From NCBI GenBank assembly GCA_965232515.1, contig CBDDPY010000002.1:7200001-7264000 (forward strand): DNA of 64,000 nt, in the 5' to 3' direction. The position numbers and the translations under genes are program-made. This stretch comes from Alphaproteobacteria bacterium. GTDB lineage: Bacteria; Pseudomonadota; Alphaproteobacteria; GCA-2731375. Positions 29,135-38,568 of this stretch are shown here, one piece after another (the first letter of the stretch is position 1; each line of letters begins with the position of its first letter). A model generated the notes under the pieces. The model saw only the letters and a list, made by a program, of their open reading frames with translations. It ran no database searches and was not told where the DNA came from.

Positions 29135-29492
29135 TATTTCCCTCCCGTAGTGTACGGAACGGCCGCGCGCCATTGCCGGTCGTCCCGATTCACTTGCTGC
29201 CGATTATTTGGAGTGTCGCGGCTTGGGCTCGTGCCAAGCCATGGGGTAGCGCGGCCCGTGGATCCATCCCCACGCGCATTTTTGGCCACAAACGTGGCTG
29301 ATCTTTTCTTCTCAATTACCCCATTGTGACAATAGCAAACACCAATCCGGCGGTGACGGCCAGCCAAAAAGTTAACGGCCGCGCCGTCGCTTTCCGTCAT
29401 GGACGACGTCGCGCGCCCGGCTTAGATATGAGGGGACTGGTCGCCATATGCTGAATGGCGGCCGAGACAATGCAAACCGGGAGTAGACGGAC

Positions 29493-30698
<1,206 letters not shown>

Positions 30699-30713
30699 CC
30701 CGGGGTCTCTGCC

Positions 30714-31580
30714 ATGCGCGACTTCAACGAGCATACCGCCACCGAGGCGGTGCTGGCGCGCCTCGCCGACTGTCCCGACGCGCGCCTGAAGCAGGTGATG
30801 ACCAGCATTATCACCCACCTGCATGCCGTCGTGCGCGAGGTCGAGCCGACGGAAGCGGAGTGGATGGCGGCGATCGAATTCCTGACCACAACGGGCCAGA
30901 TCTGTGACGACAAGCGGCAGGAGTTCATCCTGCTGTCGGATACGCTCGGCGTCTCGATGCTGATCGACGCGATCAACCACCGCAAGCCGCCGGGCGCCAC
31001 GGAATCGACCGTGCTGGGGCCCTTCCATGTCGACGGCGCCGAGGTGCTGCCGCACGGCACCGATATCTGCAAGGACGGCAAGGGCGAGCCGCTAGTGGTG
31101 TCCGGCCGCGTGCTCGACCCGGCGGGCGCGCCCATCGAGGGCGCGGTGCTGGACGTCTGGCAGACATCGTCCGAAGGCTTCTACGACATCCAGCAGCCCG
31201 GCGTGCAGCCCGACATGAACCTGCGTGGCAAGTTCGTCACCGACGCCAAGGGGCAATTTCATTTCCGCTCGGTCAAGCCCTGCAGCTACCCACTGCCGAC
31301 CGACGGACCGGTCGGCAAGCTGTTGGACCGGCTCGAACGGCATCCCTACCGGCCGGCGCATATCCATTTCATCGTCTCGGCCGACGGCTACGCGCCGGTG
31401 ACGACGCATCTATTCGTCGAGGGCGACGACTATCTCGATTCCGACGCCGTGTTCGGCGTGAAGGATTCCCTGGTCGTGCCGTTCGTGAAGGATGACTCGG
31501 CCGAGCGCGCGGCCGAGCATGGCGTCACCGCGCCGTTCTATACCGTCGACCACGACTTCGGGCTGGCGCCCGCGGCCTGA
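30714..31580 (+). CDS. Intradiol ring-cleavage dioxygenase (hydroxyquinol/catechol 1,2-dioxygenase-like)
   Basis: RQEFILLSDTLG and TVLGPFH; Fe ligands in GFYD, SYP and RPAHIHF. Confidence 0.92.
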   Translation: MRDFNEHTATEAVLARLADCPDARLKQVMTSIITHLHAVVREVEPTEAEWMAAIEFLTTTGQICDDKRQEFILLSDTLGVSMLIDAINHRKPPGATESTVLGPFHVDGAEVLPHGTDICKDGKGEPLVVSGRVLDPAGAPIEGAVLDVWQTSSEGFYDIQQPGVQPDMNLRGKFVTDAKGQFHFRSVKPCSYPLPTDGPVGKLLDRLERHPYRPAHIHFIVSADGYAPVTTHLFVEGDDYLDSDAVFGVKDSLVVPFVKDDSAERAAEHGVTAPFYTVDHDFGLAPAA

Positions 31581-31626
31581 ACCGATGTGCTAGGATTCTT
31601 CCCGCCAATGAAGCGGGGAGGCGACG

Positions 31627-32454
31627 ATGCGTATCGCGGTGCTGGTCAGCCAGGGGCAGCGCAACAAGGGTTATGACGTACCGGCCGAGCTGGTCGGCGC
31701 CGGCTTCGAGGCCGATGTCGTCGAGACCGGCATGCCGGTCTTCCCGCACAATCAGCTCGACCACACCCTGATGGAGGTCAGCACCATCGAGGGCGGCATG
31801 CGAGCGGCGGCCGCGGGATATGACGCCGTGTTCCTGAATACCATCGGCGACTACGGCCTTGCGGCATTACGGTGCGCCGTTCCGGTGCCGGTGGTCGGTG
31901 CCGGGCAGGCGGGCATGCAGATCGCGGCAGGCCTCGGGCAGCGCTTCGCCATTGTCACGATCTGGCCCGAGGCGCTGCGCTACCTCTACGAACAACTGGT
32001 GGCGGACTACGGCTCCGCAGAGCGCTGCGCCGGCATCCGCTTCGTGGCCGAGGACGCCGAGCTGGCCGATCTGGACGACGACAGGAATTTCGTCACCGAA
32101 ATGCGCGCCGGCGCCGACCGCATGATCGGCCGCATCGCGCGCGAGATGGCGGCGGCGGTGGAAGAAGACGGCGCGGATACGATCCTGCTGGGCTGCACCT
32201 GCATGGCGCCGATCGCCGGCCGGCTGGCTGCGCTGACCGACGTGCCGGTGATCAATCCGCTGAACGCCGGCTACAAGCTGACCGAGACGATGCTGGCGCT
32301 CGGCCTGACGCAGAGCCCGGCCGCGTTCCGTTCCTCGGCCGACCGGCAGGCGCAGTTCGCGGCCATGGTATCGGCCGCAGCGCCGCTGATGCAGGGCATC
32401 GCCGCCGACTGCGAACCCTGCAGCGTGGTGCGGCTCGACGCGGCCGGAGACTGA
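31627..32454 (+). CDS. Asp/Glu/hydantoin racemase family protein
   Basis: GYDAVFLNTIGDYGL, VPVVGAG, GADTILLGCTCM and VPVINP. Confidence 0.85.
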   Translation: MRIAVLVSQGQRNKGYDVPAELVGAGFEADVVETGMPVFPHNQLDHTLMEVSTIEGGMRAAAAGYDAVFLNTIGDYGLAALRCAVPVPVVGAGQAGMQIAAGLGQRFAIVTIWPEALRYLYEQLVADYGSAERCAGIRFVAEDAELADLDDDRNFVTEMRAGADRMIGRIAREMAAAVEEDGADTILLGCTCMAPIAGRLAALTDVPVINPLNAGYKLTETMLALGLTQSPAAFRSSADRQAQFAAMVSAAAPLMQGIAADCEPCSVVRLDAAGD

Positions 32455-32494
32455 GTCCGCGGGCAATCCGTCCCCCGACAATTCAGGTTGGCGA

Positions 32495-33703
32495 TCAGGT
32501 CGATTGCAGCTCGGCACGGAGGCGACGGCCGATGAGTTCGGGCTCGCCGTCGTTCAGGCAGACCGGTCCGATCAGCAACGTGCCGTCATACATCTGCGCG
32601 GGATCGACGTGAATGCTCGGCCTGCCGTCCTGCAGCCGAAGCACCAGATCGACGGCGGTCGTGCCGGCCGCGGCTTCGTCAAGATGCAACGCCAACATCG
32701 GCACAGGGTCGCGCTGCGGATCGTCCTGCAGCTCGATCTCGACATGGTTCAGGCCGGCCAGGCCGTCCGCCGTTTCGCGCAGCAGGCCGCGCCAACGCCG
32801 ATAGCGCGCTTCGGCGTCTTCGGACACGAACAGTTGCAGCGCCGTCAGCAGGCCGACGATCTCCTCGCGGCCGACCTTGCATGGCCGGCCGATGCCGTGC
32901 TGAGGCGCACCCACCAACCTTGACTTGTCGATCAGGCCCGGCGGCGGCGACCACTGCTCGAAATAGATGTCCATATCCAGATGCTGCAGCGCGGCCGCCA
33001 TGATCAGATCGCGCCGCCCACAGAGAATGCCGGATGCCTGCGGTCCGCGAATGGCCTTGCCGCCGCTGAAGGCGACGAGATCGGCGCCGGCGGCGATGAA
33101 GCGGCGCAGGTTTTCGACCGGCGGCAGCTGCGCCGCGGCGTCGACCAGCACCGGCACGCCGGCGGCGTGCGCCACGGCGACGACCTGCTCCAGCGCCGGC
33201 CGCGACTGTGGGGTCGCGACGTAGTGCACGGCCGCCGTGCGCTCGTTGATGGCGTCGGCGATTTCCCAGGCCTCGGCATCGCGCACGCCGGCGCCGCTGT
33301 AGCGGTCGGCAATGCCGACCTCGATCAGCCGCACGCCCGCGGCGCGCACGGCGTGGTCGTAGAAGTTTCGCTGGCTGCGCACCATCACCACCTCGTTCCG
33401 CATACCGCTGGTGTCGGGCAGGCGGTTCATCCGGCCGGGATCCAGCCCGGTGACGCAGGCGGCGGTGCCGAGCAGCAGACCGGCGGCGGCGCCGGAGGTG
33501 ACATAGCCTGCCTCCGCGCCGGTGACCTCCGCGATGATCTCGCTGGCGCGGGCCTGCAGCTCGGCGATGTCGACACAGTGCTGCGCCGCTTCCTGCATGG
33601 CGACCGTCACCTCCGGCGGCAGGGTCGCGCCGCTCAGGCGCGTCGACGGTCCCTTGGCGTTGATGATGGTGCGTACGCCAAGCCGCTCGAAGACATTCGT
33701 CAT
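32495..33703 (-). CDS. SelA-like PLP-dependent enzyme (DgaE-like)
   Basis: LGVRTIINAKG, TSGAAAG, VLVDAAAQ, FSGGK (Schiff-base Lys) and GIGRPCKVGREE. RBS GGGGGAG before ATG 33703. Confidence 0.88.
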   Translation of the reverse strand: MTNVFERLGVRTIINAKGPSTRLSGATLPPEVTVAMQEAAQHCVDIAELQARASEIIAEVTGAEAGYVTSGAAAGLLLGTAACVTGLDPGRMNRLPDTSGMRNEVVMVRSQRNFYDHAVRAAGVRLIEVGIADRYSGAGVRDAEAWEIADAINERTAAVHYVATPQSRPALEQVVAVAHAAGVPVLVDAAAQLPPVENLRRFIAAGADLVAFSGGKAIRGPQASGILCGRRDLIMAAALQHLDMDIYFEQWSPPPGLIDKSRLVGAPQHGIGRPCKVGREEIVGLLTALQLFVSEDAEARYRRWRGLLRETADGLAGLNHVEIELQDDPQRDPVPMLALHLDEAAAGTTAVDLVLRLQDGRPSIHVDPAQMYDGTLLIGPVCLNDGEPELIGRRLRAELQST

Positions 33704-33825
33704 GACGGTCTCCCCCTTCTTCATGTCCTGCTTGCCAAGGATATGACGCGTCGAAAAATCGCAAAAGCGGGCCGTCGCCCCTGTGATAGCGTTGACCGAC
33801 GTCGAACGCGGGGGAGGCACTGATC

Positions 33826-35103
33826 ATGGCCACGGATGGAGAGACGACGAACATCCTCGAACGGATCTCGGATGAACGGGTGCTGGAGCTCGAGCAGGCG
33901 CTGATCCGTATTCCCAGCTCGACCTTCGAGGAACAGGAGATAGCCGACTTTCTGGCGAACTGGATGTCCGACATCGGCCTCGATGTCGAGATGATGCAGG
34001 TGGAGAACCCGAAGGCGCCAGGCAATTTCAGCCGCCAGCCGGTCGGCCGGCTAATCGGTACCGGCGGTGGCACCAGCCTGATGTTGAACGGTCACATGGA
34101 CCCGGGCGTCGAGATGAGCGGCTGGTCCGTCGATCCCTATGGCGCCAAGTTCGAGGACGGTTGGGTCTGGGGCATGGGCGCGCACGACGACAAGGGTGGC
34201 GTCGCGGCGATGATCTGCGCCGTCGAGGCGATCATCGGATCAGGGGCGCGGCTCAGCGGCGACGTGCTGGTCTGTCCGGTGGTCGCGCACAAATACGGCG
34301 GCGCCGGCACGCGGGCGCTGCTGGACGCCGGCGTCACGGCCGACCTCTGCATCAACATGGAGCATTCCAACAACTCCATCGCCAATGTCTGCGTCGGCAT
34401 CGTCATGGCCGAGATCAAGACCACGGCGCCCGAGCTGTTCTTCCGGTTCAGCGAAGAGGCGCGGGCGGCCTACATGAATCCCGTCGAGCAGCAGTGCGAG
34501 ATCATCCGGCGGCTGGGCAACAGCCTGGTGCCGATCGCGCCCGGCGGTTGGCTGAGTTTCACGCCGCATCCAGATCTGCCGGACTTTCCCATGCACACGG
34601 TGGATACGATCCACAAGGAGCACTACTACCAGCCGAACCATACCGGCATGTCGAGCCGCGACTGCGTGATGTTGTTCCAGCTTCGCACGGTGCCGGGCCA
34701 GACGTTAGAGACCGTCGAGGCGGACCTCTTGCGGCTGCTTGACGGCATCAAGGTCGAGCACCCGGCTTTCAACTACGAACTGACGATCCCGGCGCCCGGC
34801 ACGGAGAACGGCTGGTTTCAGGATCCGATGGAGGTCGCGAAGGACCATCCGCTGGTGACGCACCTCGCCGACGGCCACCGGCTCGCCGCCGGCGCCGAGC
34901 CGGAGGTCGGCGGCATTGGCCGTATCGGCAATGTCGGCGACGGCAACATCACGGCTGCGGCCGGCATCCCCAGCCTGCAATACGGTCCCGGCGACATCCG
35001 CATCTACAAGGAATGGCCGACGCCGGACGAACGCGTGCTGCTGAGCGACCTGGTCATCGCCGCGAAAGCCGTGGCGCATGCCACCTACGCCATTTGCCGT
35101 TAG
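33826..35103 (+). CDS. M20 (ArgE/DapE-like) amidohydrolase with non-canonical metal ligands
   Basis: MLNGHMD, GMGAHDDKGG, NMEH, LRTVPG and YGPG...PDE. The usual EE motif reads HK. Confidence 0.85.
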   Translation: MATDGETTNILERISDERVLELEQALIRIPSSTFEEQEIADFLANWMSDIGLDVEMMQVENPKAPGNFSRQPVGRLIGTGGGTSLMLNGHMDPGVEMSGWSVDPYGAKFEDGWVWGMGAHDDKGGVAAMICAVEAIIGSGARLSGDVLVCPVVAHKYGGAGTRALLDAGVTADLCINMEHSNNSIANVCVGIVMAEIKTTAPELFFRFSEEARAAYMNPVEQQCEIIRRLGNSLVPIAPGGWLSFTPHPDLPDFPMHTVDTIHKEHYYQPNHTGMSSRDCVMLFQLRTVPGQTLETVEADLLRLLDGIKVEHPAFNYELTIPAPGTENGWFQDPMEVAKDHPLVTHLADGHRLAAGAEPEVGGIGRIGNVGDGNITAAAGIPSLQYGPGDIRIYKEWPTPDERVLLSDLVIAAKAVAHATYAICR

Positions 35104-36386
35104 CGCGCGAAGGTCTCGGGCATCCAGAGGGCGATGTCGGGGAAGGCGATCAGCAGGACGATCATGGCCATCAGCGCGATGACGAACGGCGCCGCGCCGA
35201 TCATCACGTCGTGCAGCTGGCCGCGGCCGCGCACGCCCTGCACGACATAGAGGTTGACGCCAACCGGCGGGGTGATCAGCGCCGTCTCGATCAGCAGCAT
35301 CATCAGCACGCCGAACCAGACCGGATCGAAGCCGAGCGCGATGATCACGGGCGTGATGATCGGGATCGTCGCGATCATCATCGACAGCGTTTCCATGAAC
35401 ATGCCGAGCACGAGATAGAACAGCACCACGACGATCAGCGTGCCCATGGGCGTCAGGCCGATGTCGGTGACGAAGGCGTTGACTTGGGCGGCGAGGCCGA
35501 TTGAGCTGATCACGAAGTTGAGGAAATAGGCGCCGAGCAGGATGGCCATGATCATGGCCGTGCTGCGCATGGTGCCCTCGAGCGCGTCGCGCATCATGCT
35601 CCAGGTCAACCGCCGCCGCCAGGCCGCGAGCCCGAGCGCGATGATCACGCCCAACGCGGCGGATTCGGTCGGCGTGGCCAGACCGCCGTAGATCGAACCG
35701 ATCACCACCACGAAGATGACGAACGGCGGGAACAGGTCCGGAACGCTGGCCCAGCGCTGCGCCCAGTTCGTTTCGATCTTGCGGCCGCCCCAGACCGGTC
35801 GGGCGATGCAGCCGATAATCACCGTCAGCATGAACAGGCCGGCCAGTATCAGCCCCGGGATCATGCCGGCAAGATAGAGCTGCGGGATCGAGGTCTCGGT
35901 CAGCACGCCGTAGACGATCATGTTAATCGACGGCGGAATCAGGATGCCGAGCGTGCCGCCCGCAGCGACGGTGCCGACGAACAGGCGTTCGTTGTAGCCG
36001 TGCTTCTCGATCTCGCCCATGGCCACGGTGCCGATGGTGGCCGCCGTGGCGACGCTCGATCCTGACACGGCCGAGAACAAGGTGCAGGTGCCGATGTTGG
36101 AATGCATCAGGCCGCCCGGCAGCCAGGACATCCAATGCATCATCGCCGCATACATGCGCTCGGCGATACCGGAGCGCAGCAGGATCTCGCCGAGCAGGAT
36201 ATAGAGGGGCACGGCCACCAGAATGACGTCGTTCGAGACCGCCCAGGAGAACTCGCCGATCGCCAGATAGAGCGGCAGGAAGGAATAGGTTTGGTCGAGC
36301 ACCAGGCCGACGATGCCGAGTACGGCAGCGACCGGGATGCTGATGGCCAGCAGGCCGAGCAGGACCGCGACGGTGACACCGATCAT
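35100..36386 (-). CDS. dctM: TRAP transporter large permease
   Basis: SGSSVATAATIG, GGTLGILIPPS, TPTESAA and ITPPVGVNL. ATGA-coupled to dctQ. Confidence 0.93.
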   Translation of the reverse strand: MIGVTVAVLLGLLAISIPVAAVLGIVGLVLDQTYSFLPLYLAIGEFSWAVSNDVILVAVPLYILLGEILLRSGIAERMYAAMMHWMSWLPGGLMHSNIGTCTLFSAVSGSSVATAATIGTVAMGEIEKHGYNERLFVGTVAAGGTLGILIPPSINMIVYGVLTETSIPQLYLAGMIPGLILAGLFMLTVIIGCIARPVWGGRKIETNWAQRWASVPDLFPPFVIFVVVIGSIYGGLATPTESAALGVIIALGLAAWRRRLTWSMMRDALEGTMRSTAMIMAILLGAYFLNFVISSIGLAAQVNAFVTDIGLTPMGTLIVVVLFYLVLGMFMETLSMMIATIPIITPVIIALGFDPVWFGVLMMLLIETALITPPVGVNLYVVQGVRGRGQLHDVMIGAAPFVIALMAMIVLLIAFPDIALWMPETFAR

Positions 36387-36985
36387 GACGGCGCCCCCGG
36401 GCCGGCGTCGCCGCGCCGGGCCAGTTCCTCCAGCTCCTGCTCGATCTCCTGCGCCACGGTGCGCGAGCCGATCAGGCGCTGCACGCCACGGCTGTCGCCC
36501 GTGACCAGCGCGATCAGGGCGCGGGCGAGCAGCAGCAGCGCCACGGCCATGAACATGATCAGGCCCAGGACCCAGAGGGATTGCGGGATTACCAGCGGAG
36601 TCGCGAGCGGCGACATGGTGCGGGCGCTGAGCTCCAGCGACTTCGCGAAGACGCCGTAGCCGAACCAGGTGACGAGCGCCATGAATCCAGTCAGGGCCAT
36701 GAGGCCGAGCACGTCGAGCAGGGCGCAAATCCGGGTCGGCAGCACGACATAGAGCGAGTCGATGCGGACATGCGCCCGGTCGAGCAGCGCGAAGGCGAAG
36801 GACCAGGCGCTGCCGATGGCGAGCGCAAAGCCGGAGAGCTCGTCGGCGCCGCCGATGGACAGGCTGAAGGCCTTCCGGATCACCACCTCGACCCCGATGA
36901 TCAAGGCGGCAATGACAAGCAATCCGCCGCCGAACCAGGTGCCGGCGCGGGCGATTTTGCGGGCGAAGGCGATCAGGTCATCCAT
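36383..36985 (-). CDS. dctQ: TRAP transporter small permease
   Basis: Four TM helices; GADELSG and HVRID. Confidence 0.9.
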   Translation of the reverse strand: MDDLIAFARKIARAGTWFGGGLLVIAALIIGVEVVIRKAFSLSIGGADELSGFALAIGSAWSFAFALLDRAHVRIDSLYVVLPTRICALLDVLGLMALTGFMALVTWFGYGVFAKSLELSARTMSPLATPLVIPQSLWVLGLIMFMAVALLLLARALIALVTGDSRGVQRLIGSRTVAQEIEQELEELARRGDAGPGAPS

Positions 36986-37011
36986 GGCTTCGTATTGTCG
37001 GGATAATCAAA

Positions 37012-37111
37012 CACCCCTCCCAACCCTCCCCCTGTATGGGAGAGGGCTATGACGTGTCGCATGCACGACCCGATTCCCTCTCCCTTCGGGGGAAGGGTTG
37101 GGGAGGGGGTG
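37012..37111. repeat. REP/REPIN-like palindromic intergenic element
   Basis: CACCCCTCCCAACCCTCCCCC-TGTAT-GGGAGAGGG ... CCCTCTCCC-TTC-GGGGGAAGGGTTGGGGAGGGGGTG: two inverted copies of a hairpin unit. Confidence 0.8.
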
Positions 37112-37172
37112 ACAAAGCATCAGGCTTGGGCGGCCATCGCCGGATCGACGACGCCCGCCCAACGCGATGACA

Positions 37173-38228
37173 TCAAAGCTTGCCGAGCGGGATCTCCATG
37201 CCGACGACCTGGCCGATCATGTCGTTCCACTCCGCGGCGCAGTCCTTGCCGCAGCGCTTGCCCCAGTTCACCAGCACGACGTCCTGCATCAGCTTCTTGT
37301 GCAGTTCCTTGTCCGGATCGCTGACCGGTACGATGGTCATGTCGGCCTTCTTGCCGAGCGTGCAGGGGTCCTTGCCGGTGTTGCAATTGTCGGCCTCGCC
37401 GGCGGACTGGGCGACGGTCGCCCACATATTGTCTTCCAGTTTGGCGAAGGCCTTCTCGAAGAACGCCTGCACTTCCGGCGGGAACCGCTTCCAGGAATCG
37501 AGGTTCACGGCCTGGAAGTTGATCGACCAGCCGAGATACATCGGATAGATGTGCGTCGTGACCTCGGGCCAGCCGGCCGAGTTGCCGCTGGTCGTGCCGG
37601 TCACGGCGCAGTCGACGACGCCGCGTTGCAGCGCCGGCACCACCTCGCCGAATGCCATGCTGATCGACGTGCCGCCGATCGCCTCGACGAAATCGGTCAT
37701 GGTCTTGTTGAAGACGCGGATCTTGCGGCCCTGCAGATCGGCCACGCCGCCGACCTGATCACGGCACCAGAAGACCTGCGGCGGGTTGGCGCCCAAGGCC
37801 AGCAGCTTGGCGTTGAACTTCTTCTCCATGGCCCGCGACATGGCCGGCTTCCAGGCATTGCAGACCTTGCGCGCCATCTCGATGTCGAGCGCCAGGCCGG
37901 CGAGGTCGCAACCCTCGAACGTCGGGTCGTCGCCCGCCATCTTGCTGATGTCGCTGACGCCGAAGTCGGTGACGCCGAGCTGGGTCAGGCGCAGGACCTG
38001 GAAGTCCTTCACGCCCATGACATCCTGGTGGTTGTAGTCGGCCGTGACCTGACCGCCGGACATTTCCGGCACGATCTTGCCCCAGAATTCCTGCTCGACC
38101 TTGGCGACGTGTGCGACGGTGCTGTAGTTGCCGATCACCTTGACGTGGGTCTTCGGCAGATCGGCAGCCGTCGCCGCCAGCGGCAGCGCGATGGCCGCCG
38201 CGGTCACGCTCATCAGTAATGTCCGCAT
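37173..38228 (-). CDS. dctP: TRAP transporter substrate-binding protein
   Basis: Signal peptide; DLQGRKIRV and FGEVVPALQRGVVDCAVT. Confidence 0.92.
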   Translation of the reverse strand: MRTLLMSVTAAAIALPLAATAADLPKTHVKVIGNYSTVAHVAKVEQEFWGKIVPEMSGGQVTADYNHQDVMGVKDFQVLRLTQLGVTDFGVSDISKMAGDDPTFEGCDLAGLALDIEMARKVCNAWKPAMSRAMEKKFNAKLLALGANPPQVFWCRDQVGGVADLQGRKIRVFNKTMTDFVEAIGGTSISMAFGEVVPALQRGVVDCAVTGTTSGNSAGWPEVTTHIYPMYLGWSINFQAVNLDSWKRFPPEVQAFFEKAFAKLEDNMWATVAQSAGEADNCNTGKDPCTLGKKADMTIVPVSDPDKELHKKLMQDVVLVNWGKRCGKDCAAEWNDMIGQVVGMEIPLGKL

Positions 38229-38568
38229 GTTCTTATTCCCCTGTTGACCGCTCGCCCGTTGATCGGGCGCGAACGATTATTACGACACCGGCGGTAACGG
38301 CGTCGGGATCGGGACCGGACCCGATAGACCGCCGGGCGGGAAGGGCGGTGAGCGTTGGAAGATCAAGCCGGCCGGCGCGCATCCGTCGGTGCCTTGAGGT
38401 GCGTCGCCAGGCGGTCGGTTAACGCTCAATCAGGTCAAGCCTGCTTCCCTACCAGTTGCCGGCAGTCATCGCCGCTGGGTCCAAGTGTAAGTCGAAAACC
38501 TGGAGCGGCGAAGTCCAATTAATGGGCAACTGTTGCTCGAATATTCGGCAGGCCGGAATGCAGTTTTT

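Noticed and set aside
32495-33703. Selenocysteine synthase and possible UGA recoding
   Set aside because: Motifs fit the SelA-like/DgaE group; no selB, selD or tRNA-Sec, and no in-frame UGA in the neighbouring molybdoenzymes.
37012-37111. CRISPR array or insertion sequence
   Set aside because: Only two inverted units, with no spacers, transposase or clear target duplication.
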